The notes under the pieces: model-generated
The model's input: only the letters and a program-made list of their open reading frames with translations
What the model was told of the DNA's origin: nothing
Database searches by the model: none
Translations under genes and position numbers: made by a program
Shown here: in pieces, positions 33,713-41,417 of the stretch
Layout of the letters: every line of letters starts with the position of its first letter
Position numbering within the stretch: position 1 is the first letter of the stretch
Origin: Gammaproteobacteria bacterium
GTDB lineage: Bacteria > Pseudomonadota > Gammaproteobacteria > Steroidobacterales > GCA-2729495
Direction: 5' to 3'
NCBI GenBank assembly: GCA_004357495.1
Contig: SMWD01000005.1
Span: 1-60,932 of the forward strand
DNA length: 60,932 bases

Positions 33713-34459
33713 ATGGGCGGTAACACGCACTCCGGCATTTATCTTGGCGTTAACGTCGATCATGTGGCAACTCTGCGTCAGGCACGCGGCACGGATTATC
33801 CGGATCCGGTCGAGGCCGCGTTGCTGGCCGAGCGTTCGGGCGCCGATTCGATCACGGTGCATCTGCGTGAGGATCGCCGGCACATCCAGGATCATGACGT
33901 CGAGCGGCTCGCCGCACGGCTGCAGACCCACATGAACCTGGAGATGGCAGTCACCGACGAGATGCTCGCGATCGCAGCCCGTATTCGGCCCGCTGATTGC
34001 TGCCTCGTGCCGGAGCGGCGCGAGGAACTGACCACCGAGGGGGGGCTGGACGTCTCCGGCCAGCAGGATCGGATCACCGCGGCATGCGCACAATTGGCCG
34101 AGGCGGGCATTCGCGTCTCGTTATTCATCGACCCGGAACCGGCACAACTCGATGCCGCAGTAGCGGCGGGTGCGCCCGTCGTCGAGTTGCATACGGGTTG
34201 TTTTGCCGATGCAAAGGGTCCTGAAGACGCCGCCGTCGAACTCCGGCGCGTACATCAGGCCGCCGTCTACGGCGCCGAACTCGGTCTGACGATTCATGCG
34301 GGGCATGGTCTGCATCGCGAGAACGTGCAGCCGGTTGCGGCCATTGCGCAGATTGTCGAGTTGAACATCGGTCATGCACTCATTGCCCGCTCGGTTTTCG
34401 ATGGGCTGGCGCAGGCGGTGGCCGAGATCAAGCGGCTGATGGCCGAGGCCCGCGCGTGA
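33713..34459 (+). CDS. pdxJ: Pyridoxine 5'-phosphate synthase
   Basis: '[16 protein letters not shown]', '[12 protein letters not shown]', 'VELHTG', '[10 protein letters not shown]'. Confidence 0.95.
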   Translation: MGGNTHSGIYLGVNVDHVATLRQARGTDYPDPVEAALLAERSGADSITVHLREDRRHIQDHDVERLAARLQTHMNLEMAVTDEMLAIAARIRPADCCLVPERREELTTEGGLDVSGQQDRITAACAQLAEAGIRVSLFIDPEPAQLDAAVAAGAPVVELHTGCFADAKGPEDAAVELRRVHQAAVYGAELGLTIHAGHGLHRENVQPVAAIAQIVELNIGHALIARSVFDGLAQAVAEIKRLMAEARA

Positions 34460-34845
34460 TCTTTGGCGTAGGCATCGACGTGCTGCGGGCCGATCGCGTG
34501 CAGCGGATTTACGCGCGCTTCGGCGAGCGTTTTGCGCGCCATATCCTGATGCCGGAGGAACTCGAATGGTTCCCCCGGGAAAAGCATCCCGAGCGCTATC
34601 TCGCGATGCGTTTCGCCGCGAAGGAGGCAATCGTCAAGGCCATGGGCACCGGGTTCGCCAACGGCATGTGGGTGCGTGACACTGGCGTGCGGCCAAATCG
34701 CTACGGCCGACCCGATATTATCTTCTCCCCGCGCGGCCGCGCGAAGTGCGACGAACTGGGGATCGGCGACGGGCACCTGACCTTGACGGACGAGGCCGGC
34801 CTGGTGGTTGCCGTCGCGATCCTGATGAGAAAAGTCGCCGCATGA
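34456..34845 (+). CDS. acpS: Holo-[acyl-carrier-protein] synthase
   Basis: '[14 protein letters not shown]', '[13 protein letters not shown]'. Overlaps the pdxJ stop. Confidence 0.9.
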   Translation: MIFGVGIDVLRADRVQRIYARFGERFARHILMPEELEWFPREKHPERYLAMRFAAKEAIVKAMGTGFANGMWVRDTGVRPNRYGRPDIIFSPRGRAKCDELGIGDGHLTLTDEAGLVVAVAILMRKVAA

Positions 34846-35630
34846 ATTACCTGATCTTCGATATCGAGACGATACCCGACATCGAACTCGGTCGGCGCCT
34901 GTTGCCGCTCGGCGACCTGTCGGACGAGGACGCAGGCAAGGCGATGATGTTCCGGCATCTGCAGGACACCGGTTCCGAGTTCCTGCCGCTGTACCAGCAG
35001 CGCATCGTCGCGATCGCCGTCGTCCTGCGGGCGGGTGACAAGCTGAGGGTCTGGAGCCTCGGCGAGATCGACAGCGGTGAAGCCGACCTGGTGCAGCGTT
35101 TTTTTGACGGCCTCGATCAGTTCGGCCCGCAGCTGGTCTCGTGGAACGGCAGTGGGTTCGACCTGCCGGTGCTGCATTATCGGGCAATGCTGCATGGCAT
35201 TGCAGCGCCCAGGTACTGGGAAACCGGCGATGAGGACCGGAGTTTTCGCTACAACAATTATCTGAGCCGCTATCACTGGCGGCACATCGATGTCATGGAC
35301 GTGTTGTCGGGGTTCAACCCGCGCGCCCGGGCGGGTCTCGACAAGATCGCGGTCATGCTCGGCTTTCCCGGCAAACTGGGGATGGCCGGCGATCAGGTCT
35401 GGAACACCTATCGCGACGGCCAGCTCGAGAAGATTCGCAACTACTGCGAAACCGACGTGCTCAATACCTACCTTATCTTCCTGCGCTTCCAGCACATGCG
35501 CGGCATTCTCGACGACGTGCAGCTTGATGCTGAATTCGAGCGCGTGCGGGAACTGCTGGATGCCGCGCCCGAGCCGCATCTCAAAGCGTTTCTGGATGCC
35601 TGGAAGCGTGGCCCCGTACCCGCCGAGTGA
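34842..35630 (+). CDS. Predicted 3'-5' exonuclease (PolB-exonuclease-like / RNase H-like fold)
   Basis: From ATG 34842: '[13 protein letters not shown]' (ExoI DxE), 'LVSWNGSGFDLPVL' (ExoII), 'YCETDVLNTYLIF' (ExoIII YxxxD). Confidence 0.7.
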   Translation: MNYLIFDIETIPDIELGRRLLPLGDLSDEDAGKAMMFRHLQDTGSEFLPLYQQRIVAIAVVLRAGDKLRVWSLGEIDSGEADLVQRFFDGLDQFGPQLVSWNGSGFDLPVLHYRAMLHGIAAPRYWETGDEDRSFRYNNYLSRYHWRHIDVMDVLSGFNPRARAGLDKIAVMLGFPGKLGMAGDQVWNTYRDGQLEKIRNYCETDVLNTYLIFLRFQHMRGILDDVQLDAEFERVRELLDAAPEPHLKAFLDAWKRGPVPAE

Positions 35631-36955
35631 CCCGCATGGCGCGTAAGTTACCGGACCCGGAGACGGCCCTGATCGTCGACACCACCGTTGACGGCCGTGG
35701 TGTTGCCCGCCCGCCCGGCAAGGCCGTGTTCATCCATGGCGCGCTGACGGGTGAGACCGTGCGCTTCCAGCGCCGCAAGAAACGTCGCAGCTACGACGAG
35801 GCTGATTTGCTCGAGATCCTGACGTCGGCGCCGGAACGCGTCGAGCCCGGATGCGCCGTATTCGGGATCTGTGGCGGCTGCTCCCTGCAGCACCTGGCGT
35901 CGGCGCGCCAGCTCGATATGAAGCAGGGCGTGTTACTGGATAATCTGCAGCGAATCGGCCATGTCGAACCGGCCGAGATCCTTGCGCCCATCAGCGGGCC
36001 AGCCTGGGGCTATCGACGCAAGGCGCGGCTGGCTGCGAAGTACGTGACGAAGAAGGGGCGTGTGCTCGTGGGTTTCCGCGAGCGGAACAAGCCCTATGTG
36101 ACGGATATGGCGCGCTGCGAGACATTGCACCCGGCGCTCGGCGACCGGCTTGTGGAACTTGCGGCGTTGATCGAATCGCTGTCGATCCGGGACCGGGTGC
36201 CGCAGATCGAGGCGGCGGTCGGTGACAACGGCGTCGCCATGGTGTTTCGGGTTCTCGATCCGCCCAATCAGGCCGATTGTGCGGCACTGGCGCGCTTCGG
36301 TGAGACGTATGGGATCGGTATCTATCTGCAGAGCAAAGGGCCCGACAGCATCGAGCCCCTGCCCGGAGTGGCCGCACCCGAGCCGCTGCATTACCGGATT
36401 CCCGGTTTCGATATCTCAATCGCGTTTACCGTGACCGACTTCGTGCAGGTAAACGGCGAGGTCAACGGCAAGATGATCCGGCGCGCGCTCGAGTTGCTGG
36501 CGCCTGACCGGTCGAGCCGGGTGCTCGATCTCTACAGCGGGCTGGGAAATTTCTCTTTGCCGATTGCGACGCGTGCGGGCGAAGTGGTCGGCATCGAACT
36601 GGCCGCTGACATGGTAGAGCGTGCCGGGCGCAATGCTGCGCGCAACCACATTGCGAACGTGTCGTTTCGCCAGGCCGATCTTTCTGTGCCCGCGGCGGCT
36701 GAGGCATCCGAATGGCGGGGTTTCGATCTTGTCATGCTCGATCCGCCGCGGACCGGCGCCATGGAGATGATGGAGGTGCTTGGACAGATCGGCGCACAGC
36801 GGATTTTGTATGTGTCCTGCCATCCGGGCACGCTGGCGCGCGATGCCGGGCATCTCGTCGACACGCTCGGTTACACACTGGTCGCGGCCGGGGTAATGGA
36901 CATGTTTCCGCAGACCAGTCATGTGGAATCGATGGCATTGTTTCGTCGTGCCTGA
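35627..36955 (+). CDS. rlmD: 23S rRNA (uracil1939-C5)-methyltransferase RlmD
   Basis: TRAM N-terminus; Fe-S Cys cluster 'CAVFGICGGCSLQH'; 'VLDLYSGLGNFSLP', 'DPPRTGA', 'YVSCHPGTLARD'. Confidence 0.9.
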   Translation: MTRMARKLPDPETALIVDTTVDGRGVARPPGKAVFIHGALTGETVRFQRRKKRRSYDEADLLEILTSAPERVEPGCAVFGICGGCSLQHLASARQLDMKQGVLLDNLQRIGHVEPAEILAPISGPAWGYRRKARLAAKYVTKKGRVLVGFRERNKPYVTDMARCETLHPALGDRLVELAALIESLSIRDRVPQIEAAVGDNGVAMVFRVLDPPNQADCAALARFGETYGIGIYLQSKGPDSIEPLPGVAAPEPLHYRIPGFDISIAFTVTDFVQVNGEVNGKMIRRALELLAPDRSSRVLDLYSGLGNFSLPIATRAGEVVGIELAADMVERAGRNAARNHIANVSFRQADLSVPAAAEASEWRGFDLVMLDPPRTGAMEMMEVLGQIGAQRILYVSCHPGTLARDAGHLVDTLGYTLVAAGVMDMFPQTSHVESMALFRRA

Positions 36956-37030
36956 AACGGGGGCTTGACGCGGGCCGGTCGGTTGCAATAAAACCATAGC
37001 TTCCGTTCGCGTCGCGCGGGGATAACAACC

Positions 37031-38077
37031 ATGACACTCGGGCCCTTGATGATCGATGTAGCAGGGTTAACGCTGTCCGGCGAAGAGGTGGCGCGCCTGC
37101 GGGACCCGCGGATTGGCGGGGTCATCCTGTTTGCCCGCAACTATGCGAGTGTCGGTCAGGTTCGTGAGCTCGTCGCTGCCATCCAGGCGGTGCGCGCGCC
37201 AAAACTGCTGGTCGCGGTCGACCAGGAGGGTGGCCGGGTCCAGCGTTTCCGGGACGGTTTCAGCAAGTTGCCGCCCGCCCGCTGGCTGGGTCGCCAGTAC
37301 GATGCCGATGCGGAGCGCGCGCGTGAACTGGCGCACGCCTGTGGCTGGCTGATGGCGGCCGAATTGCTCGATGTCGGCATCGACCTGAGTTTCGCGCCGG
37401 TGGTCGACCTGGACCTCGGTTTCAGCGAGGTCATCGGCGATCGTGCTTTTCACCAGGATGCGGAGGTCGTTGCGAACCTGGCTTCGGCCTACGTGCAGGG
37501 CATGCGCAAGGCCGGCATGCGGGCGGTGGCGAAACATTTCCCGGGGCACGGTGCGGTGGTTGCCGATTCCCATCACGAACTGCCGCATGACCCGCGCGAA
37601 CTGGCGGCCATGGATGGCGACTTGCTGCCGTACCGGCGGTTGATCGCGAACGGTCTGAGCGGCGTCATGATGGCGCACGTGAAATTCCCGGCCATCGATC
37701 GGCGTATTGCCAGCTTGTCACCGTACTGGGTGCAGACGGAACTGCGTCGCAAGCTCGGCTTCTCCGGCGCGATATTTTCGGACGATCTGAGCATGTCCGC
37801 CGCTGATATTGCAGGCGACATAGCGGAGCGGGTGCGCCAGGCCCTCGATGCGGGTGCCGACATGGTGCTGATCTGCAACGATGCGAATGCCGTCACGCAG
37901 GTGCTGGAGGTGCTGGACGACCTCGGCAACCCGGCCAGTCAGGCACGGCTGGTGGCAATCCGACCGCATTCGATCGAATGGGTCGCCGGGCAACTGCATG
38001 AGACAGACGGGTGGCAGTCGGTCATCGCCCGGCTCGCGGCGGCCGACGCGCCGCCGTCGTTGGTGCTGGACGGTTGA
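37031..38077 (+). CDS. nagZ: Beta-N-acetylhexosaminidase NagZ
   Basis: 'GGVILFARNY', 'VDQEGGRVQRF', 'KHFPGHGAVVADSH'. Confidence 0.93.
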   Translation: MTLGPLMIDVAGLTLSGEEVARLRDPRIGGVILFARNYASVGQVRELVAAIQAVRAPKLLVAVDQEGGRVQRFRDGFSKLPPARWLGRQYDADAERARELAHACGWLMAAELLDVGIDLSFAPVVDLDLGFSEVIGDRAFHQDAEVVANLASAYVQGMRKAGMRAVAKHFPGHGAVVADSHHELPHDPRELAAMDGDLLPYRRLIANGLSGVMMAHVKFPAIDRRIASLSPYWVQTELRRKLGFSGAIFSDDLSMSAADIAGDIAERVRQALDAGADMVLICNDANAVTQVLEVLDDLGNPASQARLVAIRPHSIEWVAGQLHETDGWQSVIARLAAADAPPSLVLDG

Positions 38078-38082
38078 CCTCA

Positions 38083-38625
38083 GTGAGTGGTATCAGCGGG
38101 TTTCCCGATGCGGTGATCGTCGCTGACGAGGCGCAGGTGCGCCAGGCGTACGAACGCATAAGCGCCGAACTGCAGCCCATCGTGTTTTCGGCCGACTGTG
38201 TCCTGCTCGGTATCATGATGGGCGGCCTGATGCCGACGGCGCGGATCGCGAGCCTGCTGAGCGGCGATTTTGCAATGGACTACTGTCAGGTCAGTCGGTA
38301 CCGTGGCGGCCTGCGCGGGGGGGCACTCGAGTGGCTGCAGCCGCCGCGCATCGAGCTGGCCGGGCGCACCGTGTTGTTGGTCGACGATATCTTTGACGAG
38401 GGCATTACCCTCGAATACGTCGTCGACGCATGCCGGCATCTCGGTGCTGCACGTGTCGTCAGCACTGTGCTGGTTCGTAAACGCCACCAGCGGATGGCGG
38501 GACGCAGCCTGCCGGATCTGGTCGGTCTGACCGTCGATGATCGCTATGTTTTTGGTTGTGGCATGGATTACCAGCACCGCTGGCGTCACCTGCCGGCCAT
38601 CTATGCGCTGCGGGAGGACGTATGA
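38083..38625 (+). CDS. Hypoxanthine-guanine-type phosphoribosyltransferase
   Basis: PRPP-binding 'TVLLVDDIFDEGITL'. GTG 38083 lies just after the nagZ stop (the longest ORF starts inside nagZ). Confidence 0.8.
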   Translation: MSGISGFPDAVIVADEAQVRQAYERISAELQPIVFSADCVLLGIMMGGLMPTARIASLLSGDFAMDYCQVSRYRGGLRGGALEWLQPPRIELAGRTVLLVDDIFDEGITLEYVVDACRHLGAARVVSTVLVRKRHQRMAGRSLPDLVGLTVDDRYVFGCGMDYQHRWRHLPAIYALREDV

Positions 38626-39353
38626 AGCGGTTTGCTCTGATCGGTGGTACCGGTGCGCTTGAGGTCGCAGCGCAGGCCGTGGCTCCCGGCGATGTACCGT
38701 CGACGCCATACGGCGAGGCATCCAGCCCGCTACTGCGCTGGCGAAGCGGCGATATCGAGTTCTGTTTCCTGGCCCGGCATGGGCTGGCTGGCGTGATCCC
38801 GCCACACCGGGTTAATTACCGGGCGAACGTGTGGGCGCTTCGCGACGCGGCCCCGGACGGGATGCTCGGTATCAACGCGGTCGGCGGGATTTCGGCGTCA
38901 GCCTGCCCGGCCCGGCTCGTCTTTCCGAACCAGATCATTGATTACACGTGGGGTCGCGAGCACACGTTCAACGACGGCGACCTGCGACCGCTCCAGCATA
39001 TGGAATTTACCGAGCCATTCTCGTGCCGTCTGCATGCGCTGCTGATCGACCGGGCAGCCGCGCTGGAGCTCGATTACGAACCATCGGGTACCTATGGCGT
39101 CACGCAGGGGCCACGACTCGAGACGCGGGCGGAGATCGACCGTATGGCGGGCGACGGATGTGACATCGTCGGCATGACCGGAATGCCGGAAGCTGCACTG
39201 GCAGGTGAACTCGAACTCGATTACGCGATCATTGCCGTCATCGTGAACCGGGCGGCCGGTCGGGCGCCGTCCGGGCAGGGCATCCACGACGAAATCGGGC
39301 AATTCATGGCCGCGGGCATGGGTCAGGTCGGCCGGCTGCTGGCCGCACTGTAA
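38622..39353 (+). CDS. S-methyl-5'-thioadenosine/thioinosine phosphorylase (PNP/MTAP family)
   Basis: 'FALIGGTG', 'FLARHG...IPPHRVNYRANVWAL', 'YGVTQGPRLETRAEI', 'IVGMTGMPEAALA'. ATGA overlap with the upstream gene. Confidence 0.85.
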   Translation: MKRFALIGGTGALEVAAQAVAPGDVPSTPYGEASSPLLRWRSGDIEFCFLARHGLAGVIPPHRVNYRANVWALRDAAPDGMLGINAVGGISASACPARLVFPNQIIDYTWGREHTFNDGDLRPLQHMEFTEPFSCRLHALLIDRAAALELDYEPSGTYGVTQGPRLETRAEIDRMAGDGCDIVGMTGMPEAALAGELELDYAIIAVIVNRAAGRAPSGQGIHDEIGQFMAAGMGQVGRLLAAL

Positions 39354-39522
39354 CCACGACGATTCGCCGGCCCGCGCTGCGAGTCGACCGAGTCCAAATC
39401 AGCGACGAGTGACTCGCATCACAGACGGCCAGGCCCGGGTTGCCTATTATTCATTTGTTGTCGAAGTGGGGTGGTGCGGGTCCCGGTTCAATCGTTCGCC
39501 GGACGGGTGAAGCGGTTCTGGC

Positions 39523-39570
39523 ATTATCTATAAATGGTATCAGAATTATCTTATAAATAGATGATTAATC
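39523..39570. repeat. Copy 2 of the dispersed AT-rich element, overlapping the start codon of the GGDEF gene
   Basis: ATTATCTATAAATGGTATCAGAATTATCTTATAAATAGATGATTAATC. Shares TCTATAAA and the exact 14-mer AATTATCTTATAAA with 9833-9852, and ordered blocks (GGTAT, ATTATC, TATAA, TGATTAA) with 48794-48841. Confidence 0.8.
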
Positions 39571-40541
39571 TTGATAAAAAGATAGTCATTCAAGCCCTCG
39601 ACTGTGGCCTGCAGGCGTTGCTTGTCATCAACGCGAGAGACAAGGCGTTGCCGGTTGTTTATGTCAACCCGGCGTTCGAAACGCTGACCGGCCTGGATGC
39701 GAGTGAGGTCATCGGTGCCGGTATCGACGAGTTGATCATGGACGGCGAGTTGCCCGAGCGGGTCGACGCGCGCGTCGGCGACCGGCCGGCCGATGGCGAC
39801 CGCAATCTCGAGCAAGCGTGGAAGTTGAAAGCCGGCGGCAGCGTCCGGCTCAACGTGCGGTTGTCGGCGCTGTATGAGCGACCGGGCACACCCTCATTCT
39901 GGTTGCTGACCGAGGTCGCTCGGGCTGACAGCTCACCGGGCGAGGCCGCGCTGCGCCATGCCCTGCACGATGCCAGGCGTCGACTGAAGAGTCTCGAGCG
40001 GACCGATCCTGCGGCTGGCGTCGCCGATCCGGCCGGGTTCATGGAAGTCCTGCAGCGCGACTGGTCGATCGCCCGCCGCGAGCAGCGGCGTCTGGGCATC
40101 GTCGTGTTCCAGGTCGATTGTCTCGACGCGTATCGCGACGTGTTCGGTCGGCATGCCGCCGACTCGCTGCTGCGCAAGATCGGGCATCTGATCAGCGGAT
40201 TGCTGCGCCGCGCAGGGGACTTCGGTGCGTGGCTCGGCGATGGCCAATTTGCGGTTTTGATTGGCAGCGCGACCGATGCGCAGGTACTGGCTTTCGCGGA
40301 GCGTGCCGTGCACAAGGTCAGAAACCTGGCGATTCACCATCCGCGTTCGCCGATCGCACGCTTTGTGACGCTGTCGTTCGGCAGTGCGACCGAGGTGCCG
40401 GCCTGGACAGCGGCGTCGAATACGCTGCTGGAGCACGTGCAAGAGCAGTTAGTCCGTCGCCAGGCGGAAGCGGCTGCATCCCGGGCCGATAATGCGCCGT
40501 CCTTCACGACGCAGACAGACCTGCAGCGCATCACCCGTTAG
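39561..40541 (+). CDS. PAS-domain protein with a degenerate GGDEF domain (GDGQF; RxxD I-site retained)
   Basis: PAS-like 'LLVINARDKALPVVYVNPAFETLTGLDASEVIG'. GGDEF fold 'IVVFQVDCLDAYRDVFGRHAADSLLRKIG...RRAGDFGAWLGDGQFAVLI'. Confidence 0.85.
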   Translation: MINLDKKIVIQALDCGLQALLVINARDKALPVVYVNPAFETLTGLDASEVIGAGIDELIMDGELPERVDARVGDRPADGDRNLEQAWKLKAGGSVRLNVRLSALYERPGTPSFWLLTEVARADSSPGEAALRHALHDARRRLKSLERTDPAAGVADPAGFMEVLQRDWSIARREQRRLGIVVFQVDCLDAYRDVFGRHAADSLLRKIGHLISGLLRRAGDFGAWLGDGQFAVLIGSATDAQVLAFAERAVHKVRNLAIHHPRSPIARFVTLSFGSATEVPAWTAASNTLLEHVQEQLVRRQAEAAASRADNAPSFTTQTDLQRITR

Positions 40542-40571
40542 GATCGACATCACCGGTTGGCAGGCGGCCGG

Positions 40572-41417
40572 TTATCCCGCGCTGCCGGCTTCCTCATCGC
40601 TGAGTTCGATGGCCTTGATTGTCGCAATGATTCCGAACAACGGGTGATCGAAATAGTGCGTGCGGACGCCGCGCATCCGGTGCGACTCCTGCAAGCGATA
40701 GACCTTCGCCTGGGCGGGTAGCTCGAGCGGGACTTGCGTCGCGCCGGACGCGTCGCGATGCGTAAAGACGGTTGTGAACCCCAGCCAGGCAGTCGATTTG
40801 GTCTCGGCCGGCGGCGTCTTCGGTTCGAGTTTGAGGTTGACTTCCAGATGAATGTAACGTTTTTTATATAGCGTGATCGTGCCGGACACACTGAATTCGT
40901 TCGCCCCCGTGGACTGGATCTGGAAAGGTATGGCGTCAGCGGCCGACCGCGCCGGCTGCACCCATGCGAGGTGCGCCAGCGGTTGGTAGGCATCCAGACG
41001 TTGCAGCCGCGCGTAGACCTCGTTGAGTTGCAATCCGTCGCCGAGCAACGGCACGAAATCCGGGAATTCAGCGATCAGGTCCAGCAGGTAGAAACTCACC
41101 GGCGGCGGGGCATGCAGCGCGGCGGTTGCCCAGACATCCAGGACGGGTCCGACGATGGCGGGCGCAGGGTCGGGTATCGGCTCCGGGTAAAGGTTCAGCG
41201 GCGAGGCATTGATGACCGAGACGGGCGCAGCCTGCTCAGGTGTGTTGCGCCCCTGATCCAGGTGCCGGAATACGATGATTTCGACCGCGTATCGATCGGT
41301 CATCCATGGGTCGGGTTCGGCTTCGACCGCCGCAGCCGGACAGGCCAGCGGCCAGCCGGCGGCGAGCAGACACGCGCACAGGCAGCGGGACGCGCGGTTG
41401 TCGACGGTCTGTGTCAA
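40572..41417 (-). CDS. Secreted hypothetical protein (possibly CsiV family), translationally coupled to mfd
   Basis: TTG start overlaps the mfd stop (TTGA). Signal-peptide-like 'CLCACLLAAGWPLACPAAA'. The position downstream of mfd is conserved in relatives. The family call is from memory only. Confidence 0.5.
   Translation of the reverse strand: MTQTVDNRASRCLCACLLAAGWPLACPAAAVEAEPDPWMTDRYAVEIIVFRHLDQGRNTPEQAAPVSVINASPLNLYPEPIPDPAPAIVGPVLDVWATAALHAPPPVSFYLLDLIAEFPDFVPLLGDGLQLNEVYARLQRLDAYQPLAHLAWVQPARSAADAIPFQIQSTGANEFSVSGTITLYKKRYIHLEVNLKLEPKTPPAETKSTAWLGFTTVFTHRDASGATQVPLELPAQAKVYRLQESHRMRGVRTHYFDHPLFGIIATIKAIELSDEEAGSAG

Noticed and set aside
36968-36996. Possible sigma-70 promoter for nagZ (TTGACG, 16-17 nt, AATAAA)
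   Set aside because: The -35 element is good but the -10 element is weak. This cannot be distinguished from chance by eye.
39470-39510. tRNA-like T-loop sequence 'GGTTCAATC'
   Set aside because: The flanking bases do not form a T-stem and no acceptor or anticodon arms can be drawn. I found no tRNA or other structured RNA gene in the window.
39556-39590. Fur box in the AT-rich DNA at the GGDEF gene start (ATTATC / GATAAT-like hexamers)
   Set aside because: My best hand alignment to GATAATGATAATCATTATC gave only about 10 of 19 matches. That is not enough to call, so it is kept only as a hypothesis to score computationally.
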